The notes below the pieces were generated by a model. It saw only the letters and a program-made list of their open reading frames with translations, did no database searches and had not been told where the DNA came from. A program made the translations under genes and the position numbers. This document shows positions 16,328 to 24,516 of a stretch of DNA of 43,793 nucleotides, piece by piece. Positions within the stretch are counted from its first letter, which is position 1; every line of letters starts with the position of its first letter. This stretch comes from Candidatus Binataceae bacterium (GTDB taxonomy: Bacteria; Desulfobacterota; Binatia; Binatales; Binataceae), in assembly GCA_049281755.1 (NCBI GenBank), contig JBAPSR010000073.1, forward strand, positions 1-43,793, written 5' to 3'.

Positions 16328-18142
16328 ATGCAACCAACAAGCGCGGTCCACCCTGAGCCGCTTCTGATCTATGACGGTGATTGCGGGTTCTGCATCTACT
16401 GGGTGCGTTATTGGCAGCAACTCACCGGCCATAAGGTGGCATACGCGCCGTACCAGGAAGTTGCCGCACAACATCCAGAGATTGCGCTGGCCGCGTTCCG
16501 GCGTGCCGTTCAATACGTCGCGCCAGATGGAAAAATCGGGAGCGGCGCCGAAGCCTGTTTTCTCGTTTTAAGTCACGCAAGCGGTAAAGGCTTGTGGCTG
16601 ACGCTCTATCGGCATCTTCCCGGTTTTGCGGCAATCGCAGAGTGCATGTACGCTTTCGCCGCTTCGCACCGCTCCGCGCTTTACCGACCGAGCCGGTGGT
16701 TGTGGGGACGCGACTATGCGCCGCCACGCTTCGATCTGATTTCCTGGTTATTTCTGCGAGCGATGGGGCTGATCTATTTTGCCGCCTTTGTTTCATTTGG
16801 CGTGCAGGCGTTGGGTCTAATCGGGGGCCACGGCATCCTGCCGTTATCCGAGTTCACCTCCGCCATCCGGAGCCAGCTCGGCCCGGAAGGCTACTGGCGG
16901 TTTCCGATGGTGTTCTGGCTGGACCAAAGCGATTTTGCGATACAGGCGGTGTGTTGGGCCGGGGCGGCACTGTCGCTGTTCCTGGTCTTCAACCTTGTGC
17001 CGCGTTTGAGCTTGTTTTTTCTCTATGCGTTTTATCTCTCTCTCTTTTACGCCGGTCAGATTTTTATGGGCTTTCAGTGGGATTCGCTCCTGCTCGAAAC
17101 TGGCTTCCTTGCGCTGATTCTGAGTATGGCAACAAAGCCGGGCGTATGGCTGCTGCGCTGGCTGCTGTTTCGTTTCATGTTTCTTTCGGGTTCGGTCAAG
17201 CTACTGAGCGGCGACCCTACATGGGCGAATCTCTCGGCGCTCTCCTACTATTTTCAGACCGAGCCGCTACCGACGCCGCTGGCGTGGTACGCCCATCACC
17301 TGCCGCACGCCGTCCTGACGGCGGCAACGGCGGCGACCTTTGTGATTGAACTGGGGCTGCCGTTTTTGATTTTCTTTCCGCGGCGGCTCAGGTTCGTCGC
17401 GGCGTTCGGAATTTTGTTGCTGCAGGTGGTGATTCTCCTGACCGGCAACTACACTTTTTTCAATCTTCTGACGATGGCGTTGTGCCTGGTGTTGTTCGAC
17501 GACGCTGCGATACGCAAGGTTCTTCCGGATCGCCTGGCTCGGTTCGTTCACGGCCGCGTTGGGGACCTCAAGCCTCGGAAGATCGTTTCTGTTGCCGCCG
17601 GAGCGTTTGCGTTACTGATCGTGTTCGCTGGTTTTGCACAGATTCATGCGATGTTCAGCGGCCGAATCTCAGCGCCGGCCAAGTGGATCAACCATGAAAT
17701 TGCGCCACTGCGTATCGTCAATTCATATGGTTTATTTGCGGTGATGACCACCGCCCTGCCGGAAATTATTGTCGAGGGCTCGGATGATGGCGTTCACTGG
17801 CGCGAATACGGGTTCAAATACAAACCGGGCGACGTCATGCGACGACCGCTGTGGAACTTTCCGCATCAGCCGCGCCTGGACTGGCAGATGTGGTTTGCCG
17901 CTCTGGGGACGGAGTCGGAAAGTCCCTGGTTCCCGCTGTTCTTGCAGCGCTTGCTGGAGAATTCACCAAAGGTGACAGCTCTGCTCGGCAGCAATCCGTT
18001 CCCTGACAAACCTCCGCTTTATGTGCGGGCGTTGCTTTACGATTATCGTTATTCCAGCCCTAAAGAAAAAGAACAGACCGGCGCATGGTGGGTGCGGCAG
18101 CCGGAAGGAATTTATTTTCCTGCGATCGGTCTCGGGTCGTGA
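16328..18142 (+). CDS. fusion: DCC-type thiol-disulfide oxidoreductase (DUF393) + lipase maturation factor (LMF/HTTM-like) polytopic membrane domain
   Basis: N-terminal 'LLIYDGDCGFCIYWV' (DCC CxxC motif). Then about 10 hydrophobic helices and the LMF signature 'HQPRLDWQMWFAAL'. Confidence 0.7.
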   Translation: MQPTSAVHPEPLLIYDGDCGFCIYWVRYWQQLTGHKVAYAPYQEVAAQHPEIALAAFRRAVQYVAPDGKIGSGAEACFLVLSHASGKGLWLTLYRHLPGFAAIAECMYAFAASHRSALYRPSRWLWGRDYAPPRFDLISWLFLRAMGLIYFAAFVSFGVQALGLIGGHGILPLSEFTSAIRSQLGPEGYWRFPMVFWLDQSDFAIQAVCWAGAALSLFLVFNLVPRLSLFFLYAFYLSLFYAGQIFMGFQWDSLLLETGFLALILSMATKPGVWLLRWLLFRFMFLSGSVKLLSGDPTWANLSALSYYFQTEPLPTPLAWYAHHLPHAVLTAATAATFVIELGLPFLIFFPRRLRFVAAFGILLLQVVILLTGNYTFFNLLTMALCLVLFDDAAIRKVLPDRLARFVHGRVGDLKPRKIVSVAAGAFALLIVFAGFAQIHAMFSGRISAPAKWINHEIAPLRIVNSYGLFAVMTTALPEIIVEGSDDGVHWREYGFKYKPGDVMRRPLWNFPHQPRLDWQMWFAALGTESESPWFPLFLQRLLENSPKVTALLGSNPFPDKPPLYVRALLYDYRYSSPKEKEQTGAWWVRQPEGIYFPAIGLGS

Positions 18143-18152
18143 GTTCTCCCTC

Positions 18153-19058
18153 TCACTGCGCAGGTCGCGCGGAGTCAGCGTCATCTCCCGCCGAGAGAAA
18201 GTGCAACACCGACTCATTGAACATGACCGGATCCTGAAGGAACGCGAAATGACTGACCTCGGGGAGGATTAGCTCGCCACAACCCGGAATCAATCCGGCC
18301 ATGTGATCGGTGTCCTCGCGCTTGATCGCCTCATCGTGATCTCCATCGACGATCCACGTCGGCACGGTGATATGGCTCAATTGATCGTCGGTAAAGTGCG
18401 GCTCGGTCGCCCACATGTGCTCGATGTTTGCCAGGAAGGCTTTGAACTGTGCGGGGGTCGGCGAGAGTTGCGCGTACTCTTTAGCTGCGCGCTGGATATA
18501 GGCAGTGAAGACCGGGCTCTGGCTTACATCCTTCACGCCAGATGGATCGGAATTGGCGGCAAACGCGAACAGCCGCGTCAGACGGTCCGGATGATGGATT
18601 GCGATATCGAGACCAATAATCGCTCCGTCACTCCATCCGACCAGAGCGGCCTTACGAATGTGCAGATAGTCCATCAACGCCAGGACATCCGACGACATCA
18701 GATCATAACCGAGCGGTGTATCAGTTCGGGTGCTGCGTCCGTGGCCGCGGCTGTCCAGGACAATCACGTGGTAATGCGCGGCGAGTGCGGGTATCTGCAA
18801 TCCCCAGTAATTTGAATCCGCCAAGCCACCGTGGACCAGGATGACCGGCTCGCCGTGGCCAAACTCCGCGTACCATAAGCGGATGCCGTTGACCGACGCG
18901 ATGCAACTGGCCGCGGGCTTGGGTAGCGCCGGTGTCGGCGGCAGACGCATCCATGGATATTGCGCGCGAGCGGGCAGCGCGACGGCGAGCATCGCGAGCA
19001 TCAAGAGGACAAAGAAGTATTTGCGCTTCGGGCGCATTATCGTACGAGACATAGTCAC
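18153..19058 (-). CDS. secreted alpha/beta hydrolase
   Basis: Signal peptide 'FFVLLMLAMLAVALPARAQ'. 'VILVHGG' oxyanion region, nucleophile elbow 'GWSDG', C-terminal 'GDHD' and 'VSHFA' (Asp/His). Confidence 0.8.
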   Translation of the reverse strand: MTMSRTIMRPKRKYFFVLLMLAMLAVALPARAQYPWMRLPPTPALPKPAASCIASVNGIRLWYAEFGHGEPVILVHGGLADSNYWGLQIPALAAHYHVIVLDSRGHGRSTRTDTPLGYDLMSSDVLALMDYLHIRKAALVGWSDGAIIGLDIAIHHPDRLTRLFAFAANSDPSGVKDVSQSPVFTAYIQRAAKEYAQLSPTPAQFKAFLANIEHMWATEPHFTDDQLSHITVPTWIVDGDHDEAIKREDTDHMAGLIPGCGELILPEVSHFAFLQDPVMFNESVLHFLSAGDDADSARPAQ

Positions 19059-19108
19059 TGAGTATACGGCAAATGGTTTTCGCCGGACATGACTACAAAA
19101 CTCGCCGG

Positions 19109-20644
19109 TTAGAGCGAATTGAGGAAATTAGCCAAATCGGTCATCTGCTGGGCGGTCAGCTCGAAACTGGGGAAACGTCTCATATAGAAGCTGAGAATCG
19201 CCGACGCGTCCGGGGCCGAGCCATTATGAAAGTACGGCGCCCTTGCGGCAAATCCGCGCAAGGCGGGCACCTTGACCTTTCCGATGTCTTCACACTTGCC
19301 GGTAATCAGCGCGCGTCCGGGATCGAGCGTGACGAAAGTCTGCCCCGCCAGAGGGCCGGCATCGCATTGGATCGTAAAGGCCGGCAATGGAGGCGCGTTC
19401 GAGTTGATCAGCAACGGATTGGAAGTGCCGATGTCCATCGTGCCCACAACTGACTGGTTCCCGACGTTCGGAGTATCGTGGCAGGTTCCGCAGGTGCCGG
19501 TAATCGAGGTTTGCCCGACTACGTCGTTGAGGCCGGCTACGCCCGAGATCGTGAACGTCTGCGTATTGAAGATCTGCGCGCCTCGCTCGATCGATTCCTT
19601 AGCCGCACCTGCTCGGCCTTTCTTTGCCGGCGCCCACGCGTCGAAGAGATCGAAGATATTCGGATCAAACGCAGTGCCGTTCGGATTTCTGCCAAACGGA
19701 TCGTTGATCCCGGTGAAAAACGATTGCGTCGAAAGCGCATCCGGTCCGCCATTCGCGCCACCCGAGTCCAGATTGGCGTCCTGGACGTGCGCCTGCGCGG
19801 TGAAAATCCCGGTTTCGAAATCGACTATCTGCTGCAATTCAGCGGAGTCGGGCGGCGTGGAGGTTTGCGCGTGGATCGTGGTCGCGGCGGCAGCTTGACT
19901 GGCCAGATTCGGCTCGCGGCCGTCCCACATCAAGTTACTCTCGAATTTGAGATTGGTTGCCGGAAGCGGCCGCCGATAAATTGATACCATCCCGGTGGTG
20001 GGGCCAGTCAGCCCAAACTCCGGATCGCTGTTGCAGTTGTACGGATCGTTCACCGACGCGATGCTGAACTCCAGCGACGAGGCCGCGGGCATCGCAAGCG
20101 AGATCCGGATCAGGCCCTGGGCCAGCAGAAGTTTATACGCCTGCTGCATCGCAGCGACCGTTGAGACGTCATCGTTTGGGCAGGTAGCGCCGTCCACCAG
20201 CCTGAAGACCGGATCGGTGCCGCTGGTTTTCTTGAAGCGCGCGGCCACATCGGCGGAGCTGATACTCCATCCGTCGTTTGGACTGTGACAACTTAAGCAA
20301 CTGCGTCCGTTGGTCCCGAGGCTCTGAAAGAAAGCGTTACTCGCGGTGGCGGTTGCACCGCCGGGCTGATAGCTCGACAGCTTCCCGGCTGGATCGATGG
20401 TGGTGTCGGTCCGGCTGATGATCTTGGGAAGCGGGATGGCCTTCCCCAAGTTCGCCTTTTCGTCGATAGACGCCGAGGGTGCTTGCGATTGCGCGGGCTC
20501 AGCCCAAGCCGATGCTGTCATGGCGCCGCTTTCGTTCCTTGCTGCGCAGAGAGCCGCGTCCGCGAAAATGCATAACGAGAGAAGCAGAGCGCCGGCGAGT
20601 CCCGGCAAGCTCCGCTGCGTTCTGAGCATTCGGAAATTCAGCAT
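19109..20644 (-). CDS. di-haem cytochrome c peroxidase / MauG-family protein (long form)
   Basis: Signal peptide. Two CxxCH motifs ('CLSCH', 'CGTCH') about 270 residues apart. CCP-family 'PALRGFAARAPYFHNGS' block lies after the second haem motif. Confidence 0.75.
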   Translation of the reverse strand: MLNFRMLRTQRSLPGLAGALLLSLCIFADAALCAARNESGAMTASAWAEPAQSQAPSASIDEKANLGKAIPLPKIISRTDTTIDPAGKLSSYQPGGATATASNAFFQSLGTNGRSCLSCHSPNDGWSISSADVAARFKKTSGTDPVFRLVDGATCPNDDVSTVAAMQQAYKLLLAQGLIRISLAMPAASSLEFSIASVNDPYNCNSDPEFGLTGPTTGMVSIYRRPLPATNLKFESNLMWDGREPNLASQAAAATTIHAQTSTPPDSAELQQIVDFETGIFTAQAHVQDANLDSGGANGGPDALSTQSFFTGINDPFGRNPNGTAFDPNIFDLFDAWAPAKKGRAGAAKESIERGAQIFNTQTFTISGVAGLNDVVGQTSITGTCGTCHDTPNVGNQSVVGTMDIGTSNPLLINSNAPPLPAFTIQCDAGPLAGQTFVTLDPGRALITGKCEDIGKVKVPALRGFAARAPYFHNGSAPDASAILSFYMRRFPSFELTAQQMTDLANFLNSL

Positions 20645-20664
20645 GTGCGACTTCGCCTAGGCGT

Positions 20665-20701
20665 ACCACCGCTCGCGGTAGGGGCGACCGCGAGCAGTGG
20701 T
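20665..20701 (-). other. intercistronic GC-rich stem-loop between the cupredoxin and di-haem peroxidase genes
   Basis: CCACCGCTCGCGG (20666-20678) pairs with CCGCGAGCAGTGG (20688-20700) at 12/13 positions, plus a flanking A:T pair. The loop is 9 nt. There is no U-run. Confidence 0.4.
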
Positions 20702-20709
20702 GCCCGGAG

Positions 20710-21249
20710 TTACTTCACATCCACTTCGATGCGCATCCACGGATGGATACAGCACTGGAACAAATGGGTTCCTTTCGACAGGCCGGTGATAGTGCGCTGG
20801 CTGCCTTGAAGAATTCGAGTCTGGGCCAGCGCGACGCCGGAAAAGCCGCTCGCGCATTCAGGCGCGACCGCCTCATCCGGGCCGTTCAGCCCTGCGATAA
20901 ATCCTCCCCCGAACTGCGCCACCTCGGTAAAAGTGTGCGGCTCGCCGCCCTGATCTGTCACCGTGAGCGTGGTTCCTTTCTTGATTGTCACCTGTGTGGG
21001 TTCAAAGGCCCAGTTGGGGTCCGGTGTCCCAGCTGCGGCTTCCGCGAACAGATTCGCGAAAGTGGTTTGCGCTCCCAGCGCGATGTTGTAGCAAAAGCCG
21101 GGTCCCACGGCAGTCGCGGCATTGAAAGTGGTGGGATCGCATTCGTCTACGGCCACGACTTGAGCGGCCGGCGGCTGCGCGACGGCGCGGGTCGCGCCAC
21201 CGAACATCAGACACCCGGCGAGCAAAGTCAGCGTCGCTATTTTATGCAT
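20710..21249 (-). CDS. amicyanin-like type-1 copper protein (cupredoxin), secreted
   Basis: ATG 21249 is preceded by GGAGG; the 274-aa ORF-track version is a 5' over-extension. Signal peptide 'MHKIATLTLLAGCLMFGGATRAVA'. Cu ligands: 'EPHTF' His and C-terminal 'CCIHPWMRIEV', giving C-x2-H-x2-M as in amicyanin 'CTPHPFMRGKV'. Confidence 0.75.
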   Translation of the reverse strand: MHKIATLTLLAGCLMFGGATRAVAQPPAAQVVAVDECDPTTFNAATAVGPGFCYNIALGAQTTFANLFAEAAAGTPDPNWAFEPTQVTIKKGTTLTVTDQGGEPHTFTEVAQFGGGFIAGLNGPDEAVAPECASGFSGVALAQTRILQGSQRTITGLSKGTHLFQCCIHPWMRIEVDVK

Positions 21250-21443
21250 TGCTGTTTCCTCCCATTGTGAATCTCGGTTCCTCTTTTCGATCGCTTTCGT
21301 TGTTCCTGATAGCCCCGCGCTCCTCCTCCGCAATCTCTCGGTTGAGTTGGCTGGTATTGCCGGCCCCTCGACGGGCTTCCAGTCGTGGCATCCATGCTGT
21401 CGCCACGTTCCAACGGGCAGAGCTTTTAGCCAATGGACGAGGG

Positions 21444-21472
21444 CTGAACATCTTCTGAACTCTCGCTGAACT
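21444..21472. promoter_or_regulatory. three direct CTGAAC(A/T) heptamers at exact 11-bp phasing (candidate winged-helix operator)
   Basis: CTGAACA 21444-21450, CTGAACT 21455-21461, CTGAACT 21466-21472. They lie 62-90 nt upstream of the wHTH regulator ATG, in the divergent intergenic region. Confidence 0.5.
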
Positions 21473-21533
21473 TGCCTAAACCGCGTGGCTGTACCCTCGT
21501 TCGCGGCGGAAGTAGAATCCGCGATCGGAACCA

Positions 21534-24479
21534 ATGCCCGAATATCTCTTTCAATTTGAGGATTTTTCGCTGGACCGCGGCGCTTGCGAGTTGCGCCGGG
21601 ACGGCGCGGTCGTACCGCTCCAGCGCATCCCGCTGGAGTTGCTTTGCCTGTTGGTCGAGCGCCGTGGACGGCTGGTTACGCGCGAGGAGATTCTGGAACG
21701 CGTCTGGGGCAAGGACGTTTTCGTCGATAGCGAGGCGAGCATCAACACCGCTGTGCGGAAACTCAGGCGCGCTCTGCGCGACGATTCCGAGACGCCGAGA
21801 TTTGTCGCTACCGTGCCGGCCAGGGGCTATCGGTTCGTCGCGGAGATTCGAGGCCGACAGAGCGGCAAAACCACGCAGCCTCGATCGCGTCCGCCGAGTG
21901 TGCTGGTGGGACGTGGGCGCGATCTGGCTTCGTTACTGAGCGGAATCGACGATACGGCCTCGAGTCGCGGACGCCTGTTTCTGATTTCCGGCGAGCCCGG
22001 GGTCGGCAAGACCAGGTTGGCGGATGAGGTCGCGGCCGCGGCTGAGGCAAAGGGGATGGCGCTGCTGATTGGGCATTGCTCCGAGCACGACGAGGCGGTT
22101 GCCTATCTGCCGTTCGTGGAAGTTCTCGAGAACTTCGTCGGCCGCACGCCGGATCGGGAACTTCTTCGCATGGCGCTCGGAAACGAGGGGCCGGAGCTGA
22201 CGCGCTTGTTGCCCAAGCTCAAGAGCATTTTGCCGGACCTCCCGCCGCCGCTCGATTTGCCGCCCGCCCAGGCTCGGCGTCATTTGTTCAATTGCTTTTT
22301 CGATTTCACCGCGCGGATCGCTTCGCAGCAGCCGACGCTTATGATCCTCGACGATCTTCACTGGGCCGACGATTCGACCTTGTCACTGCTCGATCATCTG
22401 ACGCAGCGGCTTTCCGATCTGCCCCTGATGATCATCGGCACGTACCGCGACGTTGAGCTCAACGTCACTCGAGGGTTGGCAAAAACGCTGGAAGGTTTGC
22501 TCCGTCGACGGCTCGCAACTCCGGTGAGCCTCAAAGCCCTGCCACGCGAGGAAGTGGGCGCGATGCTTGCGAGCCTGAGCGGGAAATCGCCGCCAGCCGC
22601 CGTGGTGAGCGCGATTCATGCCGAGACCGGAGGCAATCCATTCTTCGTCGAGGAACTGTTCCGCCATCTCGAAGAGGAAGATCGCTTGTACGACTCGTCG
22701 GGGCAGTTTCTGGCCGAGCTCAAGATTGGCGAGCTGGAGGCGCCGCCGAGCGTTCGATTAGTCGTCGCGCGCCGGCTGGCGCGACTTGGCGGCCCGACCC
22801 AAAAGATGCTCGCGACCGCCGCGACCGTCGGGCTTTTCTTCAGCTTCGAGCTGCTTCAGGCCTCGAGTACGGCCGATGCGGACTCGCTTCTGGATTGTAT
22901 CGAAGAAGCGGAACGTGCCGGGCTGGTCTTCTCGGTAGCGGACCGTCCTAAAGCCCGATTTAAGTTCTCTCACGAGCTTATTCGGCAAGCTGTGATCGGC
23001 GGTTTGTCGGCGGCGCGGCGCCAGAGGCTTCATCTCGAGCTGGCCCGTGCGATCGAGCGAACCTATTCGGATGAACCGATCCATGCGGAGAGGCTCGACG
23101 ACCACTTGGCGGAACTTGCCTACCATTACGCGCGCGGCGGCGACCCGGCCAAGGCGGCGAAGTACTGCTTGAATGCGGTCAGGAGGTTCGCGTACCTCGG
23201 CTCCAATGCCGAGGCGATCGCGCAATCGCAAGCCGGGCTTGAACTGCTGCGAGACCTCCCCGATGACGACCGTCGCGCGGAAACCGAGTTGGACTTGAGG
23301 AACGCAGCCTTCGCGCCGCTGGGCGACAGCAAGGGATACGCCTCGCCTGAAGCCGAGCGGTCGTATATCCGCGCACTCGAGCTTTGTCAGCGGCCCGGTA
23401 TCAAATGGCAAAAGGCTTGGTGGGCGCTCTGGGCGATTTTTTTCGCTCAACAGCTCCGACCCGACGTGCGCAAAGCGGAAACCATTGCTGCGGAGCTGGT
23501 CGCTCGAGCCGAGGAACACGGAAATCTCGGATATCTTGCGGAAGCGGAGACCTGGTTGGCGTACACCAGGATGGTTTCGGGCGACTTTGAGCTCGCTGCC
23601 CTTGGCTTCGATCGGGCGTGGGCGCGCATGGAATCGATGGTCGGCCCCACGCCTCTGACGCATCAGCGCGCGCTGCAAACGCCGCACCTCCTGATGACCT
23701 GGGACTCCGGCACTCAACAAAACAACCGTGTTCTATCAGGATGGAACGCATGGTTCATGGGTTATCCAGATCGCGCGCAGGCACGAATGACGATCGCGAC
23801 AGCGATAGCGCAATTCGGGCCAAAGACAATCATGGCGGACATACACGGATTCGCCTCCTACATTGGCGAGCTCCGCCACGAACCCGAGCAAGTGAAAGCG
23901 AACGCGCAGGCAAGACTGGCGCTATCAACCGAATCGGGCTACTTCACCGGCCGCGCCCTGAGCGAAATTTATCTCGGGTGGACGGATGCGATCGGGGGCG
24001 ACCTCGACGGCGGTATCGCGCGAATGAAGCGCCACATGCTCGAGTTGAAGGCCGTCGGCTCCGAATATATCAGCGACCGCTATTTCTCCTTTATTTCCAC
24101 CGCGCTCGGCCATGAGAAGCGGTTTGATGAGGGTCTTGGCGCGATCGACGAGTCATTTCAGTTCCTCGAGAGGACCGGCCAACAGTTCTACGAGGCGGAG
24201 CTCCATCGGCTCCGGGGCGAATTGCTGCTGGCGCAGGATCCGTCGGGTTTCGCGCAGGCGGAGAAATCCATCCGCACGGCGATCGAGATTTCTCGCAGGC
24301 AGCACGCGAAATCATGGGAGCTGCGCGCGACTACAAGCCTTGCGCGGTTGCTGGCGAAGCAGCGCAAGCGTGACAAGGCGCGCAAGATGCTTGCCGAAAT
24401 TTTCGACTGGTTCACTGAAGGCTTTGACACTGCGGATCTAAGGGACGCGAAAACGCTCCTTGATGAATTGAACCGATAG
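21534..24479 (+). CDS. large transcriptional regulator: OmpR/CadC-type winged-helix DNA-binding domain + AAA/P-loop NTPase + TPR-like C-terminal region
   Basis: N-terminal 'FEDFSLD...VPLQRIPLELLCLLVERRGRLVTREEILERVWG...ARGYRFV'. Walker A 'GEPGVGKT'. Walker B 'LMILDDLHWAD'. About 550-aa helical repeat C-terminus. Confidence 0.8.
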   Translation: MPEYLFQFEDFSLDRGACELRRDGAVVPLQRIPLELLCLLVERRGRLVTREEILERVWGKDVFVDSEASINTAVRKLRRALRDDSETPRFVATVPARGYRFVAEIRGRQSGKTTQPRSRPPSVLVGRGRDLASLLSGIDDTASSRGRLFLISGEPGVGKTRLADEVAAAAEAKGMALLIGHCSEHDEAVAYLPFVEVLENFVGRTPDRELLRMALGNEGPELTRLLPKLKSILPDLPPPLDLPPAQARRHLFNCFFDFTARIASQQPTLMILDDLHWADDSTLSLLDHLTQRLSDLPLMIIGTYRDVELNVTRGLAKTLEGLLRRRLATPVSLKALPREEVGAMLASLSGKSPPAAVVSAIHAETGGNPFFVEELFRHLEEEDRLYDSSGQFLAELKIGELEAPPSVRLVVARRLARLGGPTQKMLATAATVGLFFSFELLQASSTADADSLLDCIEEAERAGLVFSVADRPKARFKFSHELIRQAVIGGLSAARRQRLHLELARAIERTYSDEPIHAERLDDHLAELAYHYARGGDPAKAAKYCLNAVRRFAYLGSNAEAIAQSQAGLELLRDLPDDDRRAETELDLRNAAFAPLGDSKGYASPEAERSYIRALELCQRPGIKWQKAWWALWAIFFAQQLRPDVRKAETIAAELVARAEEHGNLGYLAEAETWLAYTRMVSGDFELAALGFDRAWARMESMVGPTPLTHQRALQTPHLLMTWDSGTQQNNRVLSGWNAWFMGYPDRAQARMTIATAIAQFGPKTIMADIHGFASYIGELRHEPEQVKANAQARLALSTESGYFTGRALSEIYLGWTDAIGGDLDGGIARMKRHMLELKAVGSEYISDRYFSFISTALGHEKRFDEGLGAIDESFQFLERTGQQFYEAELHRLRGELLLAQDPSGFAQAEKSIRTAIEISRRQHAKSWELRATTSLARLLAKQRKRDKARKMLAEIFDWFTEGFDTADLRDAKTLLDELNR

Positions 24480-24516
24480 CCACAGTTGAGCCGGCATTCC
24501 ACAGTGGAGACTTCAA

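Noticed and set aside
21534-24479. Considered the 981-aa P-loop + TPR protein as an Avs/STAND-type antiviral sensor.
   Set aside because: Its N-terminal module is an OmpR/CadC-type DNA-binding winged helix rather than a nuclease, protease, TIR or other effector. That architecture fits MalT/AfsR-like transcriptional regulators. A phased direct-repeat operator candidate also lies just upstream.
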